NCBI GenBank assembly: GCA_012026655.1
Contig: JAAILG010002141.1
Location: 1-57,426, forward strand
DNA: 57,426 bases
DNA from: Hydrolagus affinis
Lineage: Eukaryota
Reading direction: 5' to 3'
Below, piece after piece: positions 1 through 13,365 of this stretch (position 1 is its first letter; each line of letters starts with the position of its first letter). The notes under the pieces are model-generated. The model ran no database searches and was not told the origin of the DNA. It saw only the letters and a list, made by a program, of their open reading frames with translations. Both the position numbers and the translations under genes were made by a program.

Positions 1-135
1 GGGGTTATATGGTCGTGGAGGCGGGTGCGGGATAATACACGGGCTGCAGAGTTTTGGATGACCTGCAGCCTGTGAATGGAGGAACTGGGGAGGCCGACGA
101 GGAGAGAGTTACCATAGTCGAGCCTTGAGGTGATG
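1..135 (-). mobile_element. L2 (LINE2) ORF2 C-terminal fragment, cut by the window edge
   Basis: Reverse strand translates [45 protein letters not shown], the typical L2 post-RT motif; homologous to 2048-2656. Confidence 0.9.
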
Positions 136-898
136 TATAAAAGCAGAGAATACAAGATATCCTTTTGCCAGTTGGTGAAGCGGCTTAAAATTCACTTCTA
201 ACTCCTTACCTTAACAGATATACTGAGCTTGAAATATTGGGTCAGCTTAGTGTTTGTCCGGACATGAGACCTGCAAACTGTCATATGTCTGCCTGAGTTA
301 TGTATCCTGAAATGACGCTGGTTAAACAACAATACAGCTTGGAGGTAGATTGGGACACTTGTAATTCTCATTGAATTCCAATCCTGTCCCTTCTGTGGGT
401 TCAATCATCCTTTCAACAAGTCCACCTTACCCCTTCAACAATCATCCAAGTTTGTACTAAGGTCACACTCAGAACAATTTTATTCCCACCGCAGCCAGCT
501 AATTTCCTATGATGACAAACTGATTGTAACTGAAACAAAAAACAGATGGAATCAAGAACACAAACTGTAGTGAAGTTAATGATTATATTTTGAGGCAAGG
601 CAACTCCGCTTGGTGACGGCACTAAAGGTCTCAGCAGAACAAGGCAGAATCTAATCACATTTGCTGCTACTGAACTCAAAACGCTTTAAACTAATGGGTA
701 CTGCGGCAGATGAGGCATTGAACTCCCCCGCTGAAGCTTAGCACAGTACTACATTCATAACATAAATTTCCTCTGTACTTTGTTCTCTCTGACTTCAGAC
801 CTCTATCTTTCACTATTCTTCAGCCATCGTCTTCCTCCTTTCCTTTTCAGACACTCTCTTTCCTCTGATTGGGCTCCTAATCAGTTATATGAAGTGCT

Positions 899-954
899 TG
901 TTCAGGCAACAACAACAACAAATACTGTAATTTGTTGTTGTTGTTGCCTGAACA
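899..954. repeat. Perfect 25-bp inverted repeat with a 6-nt spacer
   Basis: tgttcagg(caa)5at at 899-923, spacer actgta, at(ttg)5cctgaaca at 930-954; the arms are exact reverse complements. Confidence 0.95.
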
Positions 955-2047
955 TGGAGCTCAGTTGATCAACACAAGTCTTACCAGTGTAATCCTTGCC
1001 ATGCCCTCTGAAGATTGATCTTGCTTACTGGACTTCACTGCAAATACTCTCAAAGGAAAATGTAATGTAACATTTTCAAAAGAATGTTACAATACTACTC
1101 ATATATTAAATAAATTTAAAATTTAAAATAATCTTTAAAAAAAATTCCTAGCCTTTTCTACCATTTTAACATTTTTAATTTTGCTATATTCTTGCCTTTA
1201 ACTAATCCCTTAATTCAAACAGCATGTTCCTTATCAACAATAGACACACACATATGCATTGATTATTTCACCTGGAGCACAAACCTGTGAAGAAATGAGT
1301 CTTAGGTATCTTATGGTTATTTGTGGCTATATGGTTGTTCATTGATTCCCTCTGACTCTCAAGTGAGTAAACAACCCCGTTTCCCCAGGATTTCATTCTA
1401 ACAGATGACATCACTAAATTAAACTTGCAGCTACCATCACAAAAGGTAAATTAAATCCAGCGATTGGTCTGGAGTGCAGATGAAACAGAAGATTAAATGT
1501 ATTAAGGGAGCAAACACTTGCTATGCACTTACTATGTAAAAGCACCAAGCAATAATGACCTCAAGGGTAGCTGCTCTATCAGGAATATTTAGCATAGCAA
1601 TAATGTATTCCAACACAAAAACAAATCTCATCTCTTGCCATTCAAAACAAGAGTATTCACATTCTAACCAGATTCTGGAGAACTCAAGAGTACAACTCGC
1701 CATTTATGATGTGTCAGAAGATCTCCATAAGGCATATTAAGGCTTGTTTAGATTAAATTCAGACATAGGTTACCAAAAATAATCTTTCAGTCAAATGCTT
1801 GCATCTCTCTGATCTACATTTCACCAATAGAGGTGCCAATCTTTGACCAGCTGGAACTTTAAAAAGCCTTAAAGAAATCCTAACCCATTTTGAGCTAATA
1901 GAAGCAGAATAGAGAAGGTTTCTTCTCCCTGAACTCTTATGATGATCTGCCTTTATATTTCAGTCTCCAGCTGGTCTAAATCAGTCTCTGCTGATGCTAC
2001 AGCATCACCTAATCAGATGACTGCACATTAATTGCCATCTCTGGCAA

Positions 2048-2656
2048 TACCTCACTCCAAAAGCCGCTGAAACCCTGGTCCATGCCTTCGTCACCTCACG
2101 GTTGGACTATTCAAATGCCCTCCTCGCCGGTCTCCCCTCCACCACAATTCATAAAATCCAACTCATCCAAAACTCTGCCGCCTGCATACTCACCTGCACC
2201 AAACTTCGCTACCCCATTACCCCAGTCCTTGCCAGACTTCATTGGCTCCCTATCCCCGAGAGGATCGACTTCAAGATCCTCATCCTTGTTTTCAAATCCC
2301 TCCACTCCGCTGTACCCCCCTACCTCTCTGACCTCCTCTCTCCTCAAACCAGCTCCTTTTGCCTTCGCTCCACCGGGTCGGGCCTCCTCCATGTCCCTCG
2401 AATCCTCCGCTCCACCCTTGGTGCCTGGGCCTTCAGCCACTATGCTCCGAGGCTCTGGAATTCTCTCCCTCATTACCTTCATCTTGCCCCCTCTTTTCTT
2501 AGTTACAGGTCCCAGCTGAAGACCTTTCTCTTCGACCGCTCGTTTGGTCACCTTTCTACCCCTGCCCCTGGCTCGGTCCTGGGATCTGCTGTTGTGAAGC
2601 ACTCTGAGACGCCGTCCGGCGTGGAGGGCACTATATAAATCTAAGTTGTTGTTGTT
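2048..2656 (+). mobile_element. 5'-truncated L2 LINE, 3' end with open ORF2 C-terminus and (TTG)n tail
   Basis: Uninterrupted frame LVHAFVTSRLDYSNALLAGLP...QLIQNSAACIL...PITPVLARLHWLPIPERIDFKILILVFK...APRLWNSLP...LKTFLF. Terminal stem-loop acgcc-gtcc-ggcgt at 2609-2622, then ctatataaat and gttgttgttgtt. Confidence 0.95.
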
Positions 2657-3369
2657 AATTGGCAGAATTCATTATTATACACTGCTTACATATGATAGAG
2701 CCCATTGAAAATTGGGCAAAATTGTCTTTGACCATGCAACAACAAGTTGCACTTTTATTGTACCCTTCACATGGTGTAGGAATTCAGAGCATCCAGTATT
2801 AAACTGTGCATCAATGATAAACCTTTGTAAACTGGCAAAATCGGCTTGTACTGTTCCATGTTGACAAGCAAATGAAAAAGAGTTGTCTTCGGAATAAAAT
2901 TCCTGAGAATAGCCAGGAGCAAGTTTTTTTTAGAAAATGTACCAGAAAAGGATAATATATCTGTTGGAATGAAATACTGTATATAGTTTCTGACATTTTA
3001 ATTCAAAGTGGCATTTATCAACCACACTGGGGAGTTTATTTTCCTGCATACATAGGACCGATAACAGCCCGTCAATCAGGTTCTGAAAACTGTTGCTGGA
3101 GTCCAAGGGTAGAAAGGTACATAAGAAATGGAATAAAAGCTGTTCCTGATGTACTTCAATCCCTAGTGTTAGGACACTATGAATGAATGGAGACATAATT
3201 GTTGCTTAATTTGCTTTGTTAGTTGTGGGTATAACCTACAAGTAAGGAAGAAACTGATGTTATCAACACCTTCATCAGCTGTCTGGAAAAGATAACCATG
3301 CACCTCGGCTTATTATGCAACCAGAGATCCGAAATTTCACCCAGCCTGTAAAACCATTTTATACTAACA

Positions 3370-3490
3370 AATAATAATAATAATCCTTGCATTTGGTATT
3401 GTGCTTTTCACGTCTTCTAGATGTCCCAAAGCGCTTCACAGATTATACTGTAAAGTGAATTGACTGTGGAAGAAACGAGGCAGCCATTTT
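3370..3490 (-). mobile_element. SINE 3' fragment, (TTA)n-tail family
   Basis: Matches the 3' half of the full copy at 43850-44160 (tgtaaagtgaattgact...; atccttgcattt...; (aat)n). Confidence 0.85.
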
Positions 3491-5274
3491 TTGGGAATAT
3501 TTATTTCAAATATTCGACTTCAGGCTGGCTCACAAATATAACCTATTGCTAAAACTGGGCTATTCCTTACGTCTCGGTGACAAAGATCTAACATCTGCAC
3601 ATTTGGAAAGTATTTTCTTGCTATTAGAGGTAATGCTCAATGGACTACGCCAATGAGTCTAATTTACATCTGTTAATTAGTTCAATTACAAAATAAACTT
3701 TTCTCTACAACACCCATCAGTCCTCCCTTCACAAAGATGGTAAAGTTTAATCTTTATATGTTAGGGATCTTTTGCGGAGTAAGAGTGTAATCCCATGCAC
3801 AAATAAGTGCCAGGCACTCATCTAAGCAAAGAGCAACAACTCTCAACATGACGCATTTCATAAAATCTTTCTAATCAAAATGTCAGATTTCATTTTCTTT
3901 TCTTTGGAGAGCTCAGCAACTCACAATTTATTATAAACAGAATGGCTGAATGTGTAAGCATCAATGTAATTAGTTCATTACAGCCTCAGTACAAAACTGT
4001 GTACCCAGACCACCAGTCCTGTAATCTGAGTGGCTGGCACGAACCCAGTGATTTATGTTGCCATTAGGGATGGCATTTAGATGAGGCACATTAATTAAAC
4101 CTCATTAGCATATGCAAATTGTGCTAATAAATTTACTTCACCTATAACTCAAAAACTGTAAAAACTAAATATATGCCAGTGCACTAGAGCGGTTATACAA
4201 TTAAGGATAATATATTAAGATGAAAGTACAAAGATTGCAAATTGTGTGTTGGGCAAAACAACAACTGACCTATCTCAATGCTGCAGAGTCTGTTGTTAAA
4301 GAAGAAAACAACTAGACTGAATATCCAAAGAAATCAACTAACCCTATAGGCAAATACTCCTGATATGTGTTTTTCTTTATTGATCAATGGTGTCCATTTA
4401 CAAAGAACTACTTGAAGAAGGAATGTTTGAAGGAGTCAAGGAGAAATCCATTTCACTCAAGTGTAAGTCAGCTGGACATACTGTGAAGAAAAGGGATTCT
4501 CACATTGTATCCACTGATAGAAATGCTATTGGTTTGCTTTTCAGAATCGTCAGGAGTATCTTCTTTTGCTTTGAAGCTTTTATTGCATTTAGCTAAAACT
4601 CAAATCAGTACTGAGGTACATTCCTCTTCAAATATGTAGTTTCCTGATGGACCTAGAAACATATGAGCAATGAGAAAAGAAGCATGATGCTAGCTCTGGG
4701 TTAAGTATAACATTTGTTGAATTTAGTTTGATGACTGCAACCACCGATTGCACTCTAAATTCCAAATACCTGTATGTTCAAATTGACTGAGCTTGAATGA
4801 TAGGCAGGTCAGGGCCTAGTTGATGAAAGAGAGTCTGACTGACAGCCAGCCAAGGACAAGGACTCACGGAATACACCTTCAGAGGCAGGTAGCCTTGGAG
4901 CAAGAAAACACTGTAACAGCAAGAAATTTCAGTCTTTGGAAAAATATCTTTATTCTAATGAGGTAAGCAAAGTTGAAATTCAAAATACTTTTCGGGGTAA
5001 CCTAATTCAACTGAGGTAAAGAGTTCAAATGACAGTCAACTGGAGGTAAGAGGCTTGGAATTAAAAATATTTTTGGTGCAAGAACAGACTCTATCAAAGC
5101 AGGGAAATTTTATTACCAAGTTGTTGAGGCTACAACGGCCAGCCATAAGGTCAAAGTCCCCATAGGTACATCAAGAAAAATTCTTCCCTGTATTATATAT
5201 GGAATGATTTCTGTGTGTCTGACTCTTCCATGGTGTAAGTGTGTAACCTTATGTTCCATGAAACATTCCTTATA

Positions 5275-5486
5275 CAGTAAAAGCCCATTCATCCAGCACC
5301 CTCGGGACCTGGCCAATGGCGGTTAAAGCACGTGCCGGTTACTTGTCCGAAAACGCAATTTTTAAAAAGAAATTTCAATGCATTTTTCTGGATAAATTCC
5401 AGCTAATTGAATGCAGACTTTTTTGCGTGATTCCGGTTAAACGAAAATTGAGGTTGATCGGGTGCCGGATAAACGGGCTTTTACTA
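5275..5486. mobile_element. Tc1/mariner (pogo/Tigger-like) MITE, 212 bp
   Basis: TIRs cagtaaaagcccattcatccagcaccc vs reverse complement tagtaaaagcccgtttatccggcaccc (23/27 identical); flanked by TA at 5273-5274 and 5487-5488; no coding capacity. Confidence 0.85.
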
Positions 5487-8400
5487 TATTTATCTTCTTA
5501 TAACCTTCGCCACAATTCTAGTAATGTTGTATTTTTAAAAGAGGTAATAAGTCATTTACAAAATTAATTACTTTAAATAAGAGTTAATTTCATCACTTTG
5601 AATGGGTTGAAGTCTATTTTACATCTGAGCTGTTACACAAAAAGATTTGTTATCGTTTCTCTTAATAGGTTGTTACATTTTCATAATTTGATAGTTTATA
5701 CATTTAATCTTTCACTAAAAGGTGATTAGAAATGTTTGGTTCTCTGAATGCAGTTTTCAATTCCCTTTTGTGTGCATGCAAATTCTCCTACAAAAGACAC
5801 ATAACCTATATCACAATTAAACCTTGCACACATAATTGCTCATGTATGGTCAACTATGGTGTCTAATTACTTTAGGCATAAAGGAAAATGTGAAAAATGG
5901 ATGATCTTTCAGAAACAGATTGCCTCAAATTCCTTGCCAGCAAACACATTGGCAAGAATTTGACAAAGGAGAATCCCAGGACAGTTAAATACACAATGAA
6001 TTGTGTTAACTTAGAGAAATTGGCAATTGAAGTGTAGGCCAGAATAGGAGTTTCAAACTTCTTTTTGTTCCTTACAGCTGAAACAGTTTCTAATCATTTT
6101 GTTTTCCTTGCAGTACCACTTCCCCTTTGGACTGAGGTAACACCTGCACTCCGCTTTCTATTTCAGTCCGTGCCTTGCCTCCAGCTGCTGTCATAGACCT
6201 ACATCATTATTTCATTTTAACTGCCTTTGCGCCTGTCATATAACTTAAATCCTCTCAAATGTTTCTAAAACTGTACCATACTGGCACGTACTTCCTTTCC
6301 AGGTGTGCTTGATGTAACAAATTCCCAATGCTTTCTAGACAAGATGTTAGGCATTACGTTATTTTTGACATTTACCTGTGAAAATTCAGAAAGTACACAA
6401 TTGTTTATCTTGTAAGTTAATGACAAACTATTTTACTATTCATAAATAGGTGTGATGTGTTCTCCTTAACACAACAGTCCTTTTAGAAACAAAATAGTAG
6501 ATGGGTAGAATAGCTATTAGACAAAGTATTTTTGAAAATGGGAAAACGCTCAGATAATCTTGCAAATATCATACTCTCAATATCTTAAATTACAAAGTAT
6601 CTGCATTGGTGAATCTGCTATAGGCTGTGACTAATGTGTGAGGATGGTTCCACGGGTGCCATATTGCCTACTCTTTTATTTCTCAAGTCATGATCTTTAT
6701 GTGGTTAATGCTCTAACCTCTGACAAAGGCTACCCAGCACAGTTTTACTGTGAGTAAAACTTAAATCTCTCAACCTCATCAACCTTCCTGGAAGTCCCCT
6801 ACAAGCACTCTCTTTGTCAACTCATTTTGCGTCTTAACACCATCATTGTGAAATAGTAAGTTTTCTTACATTCAAATCCATACTTTCTCTCCCATTGCAA
6901 GTTCTCTGCAGCATCCTATTATGCACTCTATTAATACACAATGGCCATATCTTTGATCACAGAACTTAGTTACTTTGCCTTTGCAAGCAACTACATCCTC
7001 TCAGGTCTCTGCATTCAGGATCCCCTCAGGCTATTTCACAGCCATAATACATATTTAAGTAATTCTATCAATGTCATTTACTGTATTATATGTAACCATT
7101 GCAACCACTAAAAGGAATAAATATAGGCAAGTGCCCAAGAATCACCTCAGATTGTGAAAAGTAACCACCTTTCCAAGTCCATTAACTTCAATTCTATGTC
7201 ACTTTACTATACTTTTTTGTTCTTTTTAAGCAAAACATTTTACTGTTGTCCAAATGCCATAAGCCACTGCACAATTAAGGGACCAATAGAAGCTATGTAA
7301 ATTTGTTGTTGTTTTTGTAAATACAGTACTGTGTTAAACTAGCCATTAACTGGTACATCAGATGTTCATCAAGTAGGATCCATTTCCCCAAATCTGCCTG
7401 CAACAAATGTCTAGGTTCAATTCAAAACATGTCGCCTCCAATGTTCTATCGGAAATGAACAAACTTTTCTCCACAAGATTGATGAGTGCAAACCAGCACT
7501 TTACTGTTCTGTGGTACGATGCTGTGAGTATTGATTAGATTTAAAACCATGCAAGATTCACCACTTGGTTTACATTTTTACTTCAATCCATTGAGGAGAT
7601 CACTTATAACTATTTCCAATTATAGGAGCATTAATATTGCCTGGAGTTACTGCCTGGAGGCTCTGATGAACAAAGCCAGGTGAATATTTAGCAAACAATT
7701 GATTACCTTGTCTGTTTCATTAAGGGCATGTCATTTATGTGTTATGGGCCTAATGGATATGCAGCACAGCCCTGACTTGGACAAATAGTGGGTTTGTCCT
7801 CAAATCTCATTATTTTCTTCCTTGTGGACTCTTGATGTACTGTATCTTGCATTTGTAAGCTATGCACTTTGTATTACAGTTGATAACCTGCATTTGGACT
7901 TCCAATTACTGTTGGTCTCAAACTATTATTGCTCTCGACAAACCTCGTAGCAACAATATAGCTCAAGGTTCTACATGGAAGGATATGGGTAAGAATACCA
8001 AATACTCTTTTACTGAATTTAGTTTTGGAGCTGAGGCAACAGTACAGTATATTGCCATGTCTAATGTGAACCCAAACAGACTCAAAGCAACAAAATGACA
8101 TTGGTAACCATAAAAATGATTTATAACCAGGGTTTGATTTCAGTTAAAGAATGATGTTTAAGCATGGTCAGTATATTAATACGTAATGCAGTTAATGTGT
8201 TTTAAGTTTTAAAAACCTGGGCTGCACCTGTTGGTTTAATCCAATATAAAATAGGCAGTGAGAGTGGGCATGATTCATTTCAACCAACTTTGAGTGCAAG
8301 TAATTTAGATTACATTTTGCTTTCCCTTTGAGTGTGTTATTTTCTCTGAGCAAACGTGATAAAAAAAAATCAATGATATCTGGCCTTCTGCTCAAAGAAG

Positions 8401-9603
8401 TTTCACGATGCGTTTAAGAGAAGGCAGGTTACGTTCATTTATTGGATGTTTGTTTGGAGTATGGAATGATTTTCTTACATTCTATTATGATGAAGTGTCG
8501 AAGGATATGGACAAGCAGTCTCAAACTGAAGGAAACCATTCAAATATCTGTTTATTTGTAATGGCCCATTAAACAAAAGATGGTTGGAAGCTGTATTCAG
8601 AATTTGATAGCATTTTTTGTAAACACTTAAAGGGCGAAATGGCTGTTGCTATTTAGTGTAAAAACTTTGGGGATGTATAATTAAAATGCCAAAAATCCCA
8701 CAGTTAAAGTCACTACATTTTTCAGCAAGAATAATTTTCTTCCTATAGTAAACTTGATTTGAAAAGATGCCTGTCTTATTATTCAAGATATATAAATCAC
8801 AAAACCTATTTAAACCTAAAAGCTTGTTTGCAAAGCATGTATACCCTGGGGCATATAAAGTTAGATAAACACAGAACCAAAAGCAGATGTTGTAGCTCTA
8901 AGACTAAAATATTAATGCAGTTTTGGCCCTGATATTTACATTGTTGGAGATCGGTGACTCAACAAGGAGTCCTAAGATGAACTGCCAAGCTGGGATTCTG
9001 AGAATTATACTGCATCAAACTTCCCTTTTTATAACTTGTAAGATTATCTGGTGAGAAAAAACTCTTACCTGGATGTGATTCCAGTGATTTTATTGGACAG
9101 TAAATGGAACAGTTTGTTTTAAAAAAAACAAATTCATGTCAGATTTTGTAGCTTAAACTCTGTACCCAAGGTATTGAAAGTTATTTCTAAATATTCCATA
9201 GTATGGGGCATTTATACTACACATTATGCACAAAGACAAGATTCATAATATATTTGTTGGTGAATCAATGCAGGGTTGGCAATGTAAATGCAACAGATGT
9301 AAGCTCAGGTTTCTAAAAACTTTGTAAACATTAAAATTGCATTTTTAGAAAATAACTGACTGTCTCTTCCAAGAGCCTCTTCCACCAGCTCTGCAGGTGC
9401 GTGTAACGCCCCCTGTGAACAATTCTGCTCTCCCCGATGGAGAGCTTGAGGCAAATAGAAGAGTAGCATTCAATTCTGTCCCCCTGGTTCAGCTTTATCA
9501 ACCAGCAGGATAATCTTTCACTATTTATCTTCTAGTTTGTTTTCATAACCTCTAATTAGATTTCTATTTAACCTTTTCTCTTCCAGTGAAAATGGTAGAG
9601 TCC

Positions 9604-9894
9604 TGTGGAGTCCTGCAGCTAAGTGATTTGCTCACCTTACAAGCGTGAGACCTCTGTTCAAATCCAGGCAGGTCGAAACCTTGGGCAAGTTTCCTTACTC
9701 CGCACGCCTAATAATAATCCATCAAAGAAAACCATAATATATTGGTCATTTCAATCCACGACTGTTTGTAGGATACTGCTGGGGTCCCGCCTGACTGTTC
9801 AGCACTTTGGGACGGGTCCCGACTGACTGTTCAGCGCTTTGGGACATCCTCCTGACGTGAAAGGCGCTTTATAAGTGCAATTTTGTTGTTGTTG
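9604..9894 (+). mobile_element. Composite: tRNA-derived SINE 5' half joined to an L2 3' end with a 32-bp tandem duplication
   Basis: 9604-9781 aligns to the SINE heads and body at 43850-44160 and 56681-56799 (degenerate A box, B box gttcaaatcc). 9782-9894 aligns to the L2 tail at 50722-50810. Duplicated units at 9782-9813 and 9814-9845. Confidence 0.85.
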
Positions 9895-10192
9895 CTGTGC
9901 GGAAACAGTTCATTGTCTCCTGCAGATGCCCTCTTGCATTCTTCTTCATAGTTTGCTGTTCCCCATCTTTGGTATCATCAGGTCAAAATTATCTCAAAGG
10001 ATAATTTCTAAATTATTAAGATAAATGGGAAACATTAGACTTTGAGGAATGTTTGTCAAACTAGTGATTTCAAGTTACTTTCACCATATTTATCCAAAGA
10101 ACAGGGGACAATGTTCCAGCATTAAAACAAACTTATCACAGTAGTTAGTGATGCACATATGGAACATGTAACATCTGCTGGCTTGCAAATGC

Positions 10193-10420
10193 AACAACAA
10201 CAACTTGCACTTATATAGCGCCCTCCATGCAGGTTAGCGTCTCAGAATACTTAACAGTGTCAGAGCCTGACTCTGTGCTGGGGTGCAGGTGTTGGGGAGG
10301 TGACTGTAAGCACGCTCCACATTGCAGTATCCAGTATCTGCATTGCAGTAGCCAGCATATGGCAGTGCTTAGCTGTGAAAGATGCTTCAGGAATGGAATT
10401 CCTCAATTCAGGAATGAATG
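10193..10420 (-). mobile_element. Degraded L2 3' fragment
   Basis: (caa)n-cttgcacttatatagcgccctccatgc... is the reverse complement of the L2 tail type seen at 2600-2656. Confidence 0.7.
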
Positions 10421-13197
10421 GATCCAGAGCGTCCCTTTCGTAGCAGTTAAAACATAGCGCATACAGGATCACATTAAACCAATGTGGTCCATCTGCCGAG
10501 TCTCAGATTGAAAACAAATCATCCAACTTCAGTAGATTGAGAGAAGTAGCTTTCCTCTTCCCGGTTCAAATTGCTGACACGTATTCTCTTCATCTACACC
10601 CTGAATCAATATACCCAATGATTAATTCAATGAAACATAACAATATTTCACATTTGCTGCATGACACAGGTACTTTGCATCTGACAAATTTTGTTTGTCA
10701 ACTGTTGAAGGATTATGCCATTTCAAAAATGATAATTTTGTTCCCGGAAAAGATCAAATTTACCAGCACAGGATGTTTGTACATGACTTAGATTTACACG
10801 TCACTATCTCGTCAAATCTCATTTGATCTGAGACTATCAGGAGAAAGGAATGCTCCAGGGTCCCATTCAATTAACTTGGTTCTCTTCAGTGTTTAATATT
10901 TGGAACTACCAAATGCTTATGAAGTGGGGGGCAGGGGGAAGAATTATTTATTTTGCTATGCAACAATTATGTCGGTAACATAGATAGAAAGAGTTACTAA
11001 ACTGCAGAAGTATACCGTTAATAATCAATAGCTTCCCATTTCTGCTGAAAATTAACAAAAGGTACTGTGTGATATTTCCAGGCTCTGAATGACCTGTTTG
11101 CGTTCAATTTAAAAAAGTGGAATGTGCAATAATTCATGACTCTGTCGCTTAGAGAACCCTTTGCTGTTAAAACAACATCACTCCATGAATACTGTTGCCA
11201 GATCAGCTGCAATGATGCTGCTAACCAATCTGCTAACACCACTCTTCAGCATGGAAATGGCAAGGTGACCCTTCAAAACACTTATTGCTAAACCTATTTG
11301 AAAATCTAAGCAGCAGCAATTTCTATTTGAGTTATTAAAATATATTTTAAATTAAATATGCCAAAGAAAGGTAATCATTTTTAAAATTAGTTTATTTAGA
11401 CAGTCACAAATTTTCAGGCTTCAAAGAACAAAAGATTTGAAGATCCATACTACCACAATATATGCACTAAATGTAGTTCAATATTGACTGATCAATCCTG
11501 AGTAATGAATGTTGATTTTTACACTATTTATATTAATTGAATTGATGAAATTTTTGTTTTAAGTAAACAAATTGATATTCAAACTAATGTACCTTTACTC
11601 AACAGTCAGCCAAAAATGTTGCCTGCTCTCTGTGTTTAGATATCACTGTATAAATTTACCCAACATATTGCACAAAATTTGTGACATTGGTCACATTTCA
11701 TAACAGTAGCTAGTCAGCCCCACTGTTTTTGCAGTGAATGAACAATCTATGTCTGATTATTAAAGAAAGATTCACAACCATTAATAATGGGAAAATGCTG
11801 AAAGTTTTTCTCTCTCTTGCAATCTAAAGTTACAAGTGTTTTTTTTTGTGCAGCCTTTACATTCCATTCTGGAGCATAGGGACATAGGTTGTTGACAGTG
11901 ACATGGATGACTTTTGATTCTGTGAACTGGAATTAGGATCATTTCTAAATATGCTAAATGCTCCTTTAAAATCCTGTTTCGAAGCATTTTTGTGATCTAG
12001 ATTGTGCTGGAAACTATTTCAATTTAATATTCTGATGCCTTTTCAAAAGAGATTATGTTCCCAGACTTCCAAAGTACTATCCTAAATGTAACTTCCACAG
12101 CATTATCTTATCTTTTCCTTTGGGACTCTTCGGTCTTTATGCCTGAATATCGACCAACAGCTTCAAACCATCTACCGCTTTCACTTTACTAGTTTATGTC
12201 TGGAGGCAACTGGTAATGGCAGACAAACAGTTTTGTCAGGAGACTCCACTCAGTCAGATCTCCAGCTGCCTCCTTATTACAGAGATCTGACTTGAAGTCG
12301 GAAATCTGGAACAAGTAAGCTTGGCGACATTTGACATTTGCATATACGTTTTGTCATAATCTTTATCCTACAGAATATCCTAATAAACTGCACGTCTAAA
12401 TATAACACTCTACCAATACATAAAACTGCTCAGGTAATTTATTTCTATATTATAAATAATTGAAGAGGGTAACCTTATCCCAAACAACTCTTGCCCTCCA
12501 TCATTCATTCTGTATACAGCACACTGAAGAATGTACTCTTTCCCAATGATAAAGCAGTAAAATTAGGTAATTGAATTGCATTTCAGATGGTCACATTGAA
12601 GATTCCATTCAGGAGTGTAATAAAACAAAATAAACCATAAATAGTGACAGACATTGTTAATTTGTACTTAGTTTCCATTCCGCATTGGTATATCCATTAG
12701 CAAAATCTGCAGCCTAAGGCATTATTTGTTCTAGTGACAAGCAACTTTAACCTTTCAATTCGAATGATCTCATAGCTTTGGCAGATACACTGAAGGTTTA
12801 TTACCATGGAATATATGAAGTGAGAGGCCTTCATGACATTTGTTGAACTATTGTCCTGAACTAAGGAAAAATTCTGCTTTCGGAGTTTGGGGCGGATTAA
12901 TAGATTTTCAAACACAATAAATCTATAAAAGTCTTTGTGCACTGGAGGTCAAATGGCTTAAAATTCCACTCCCGAGCTCAACATATATCTATATCTTAAT
13001 ATTTCAGTCTACTTAAACCTTGCCACATTACACCATGCTGAGACTCATAGAGTAATAGCACCCCTGTTAAATAACAGAAACTATTTCTGGAAAAACATTA
13101 CACCAATGATGTGACAATCATTCATCTTGCAGAATCGATTCCCTATGTAGCAATGTAAATCAGCTCTCCTGGCAATTAAAACAAACCAAAAATGTGA

Positions 13198-13365
13198 AAT
13201 AATAATAATGATCATTGCATTTGATATAGTGCTTTATTATGTCTTCGAGACATCTCAAAAAAACTTCACAGAATATACTGTAAAGTAAATTAATTATATT
13301 TTGTGCAGCAAAATACAGCAGCCAATTCCGCACAGTAATATCCCACTAACAGTTATGAATGAGTC
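13198..13365 (-). mobile_element. SINE 3' half, (TTA)n-tail family
   Basis: (aat)n, gcatttgatatag, cacagaatatactgtaaagt and gcagccaatt motifs shared with 43850-44160. Confidence 0.85.

Noticed and set aside
2082-2602. Overlapping 145-aa and 163-aa ORFs
   Set aside because: These are alternative frames of the C-rich L2 fragment; only the 2102-2638 frame carries L2 motifs.
9060-9115. Possible next GRID1 exon, suggested by a strong CAG|GTAAG donor on the minus strand
   Set aside because: The translations do not resemble the expected AVETNLASKDSHWVFVNE-like peptide.
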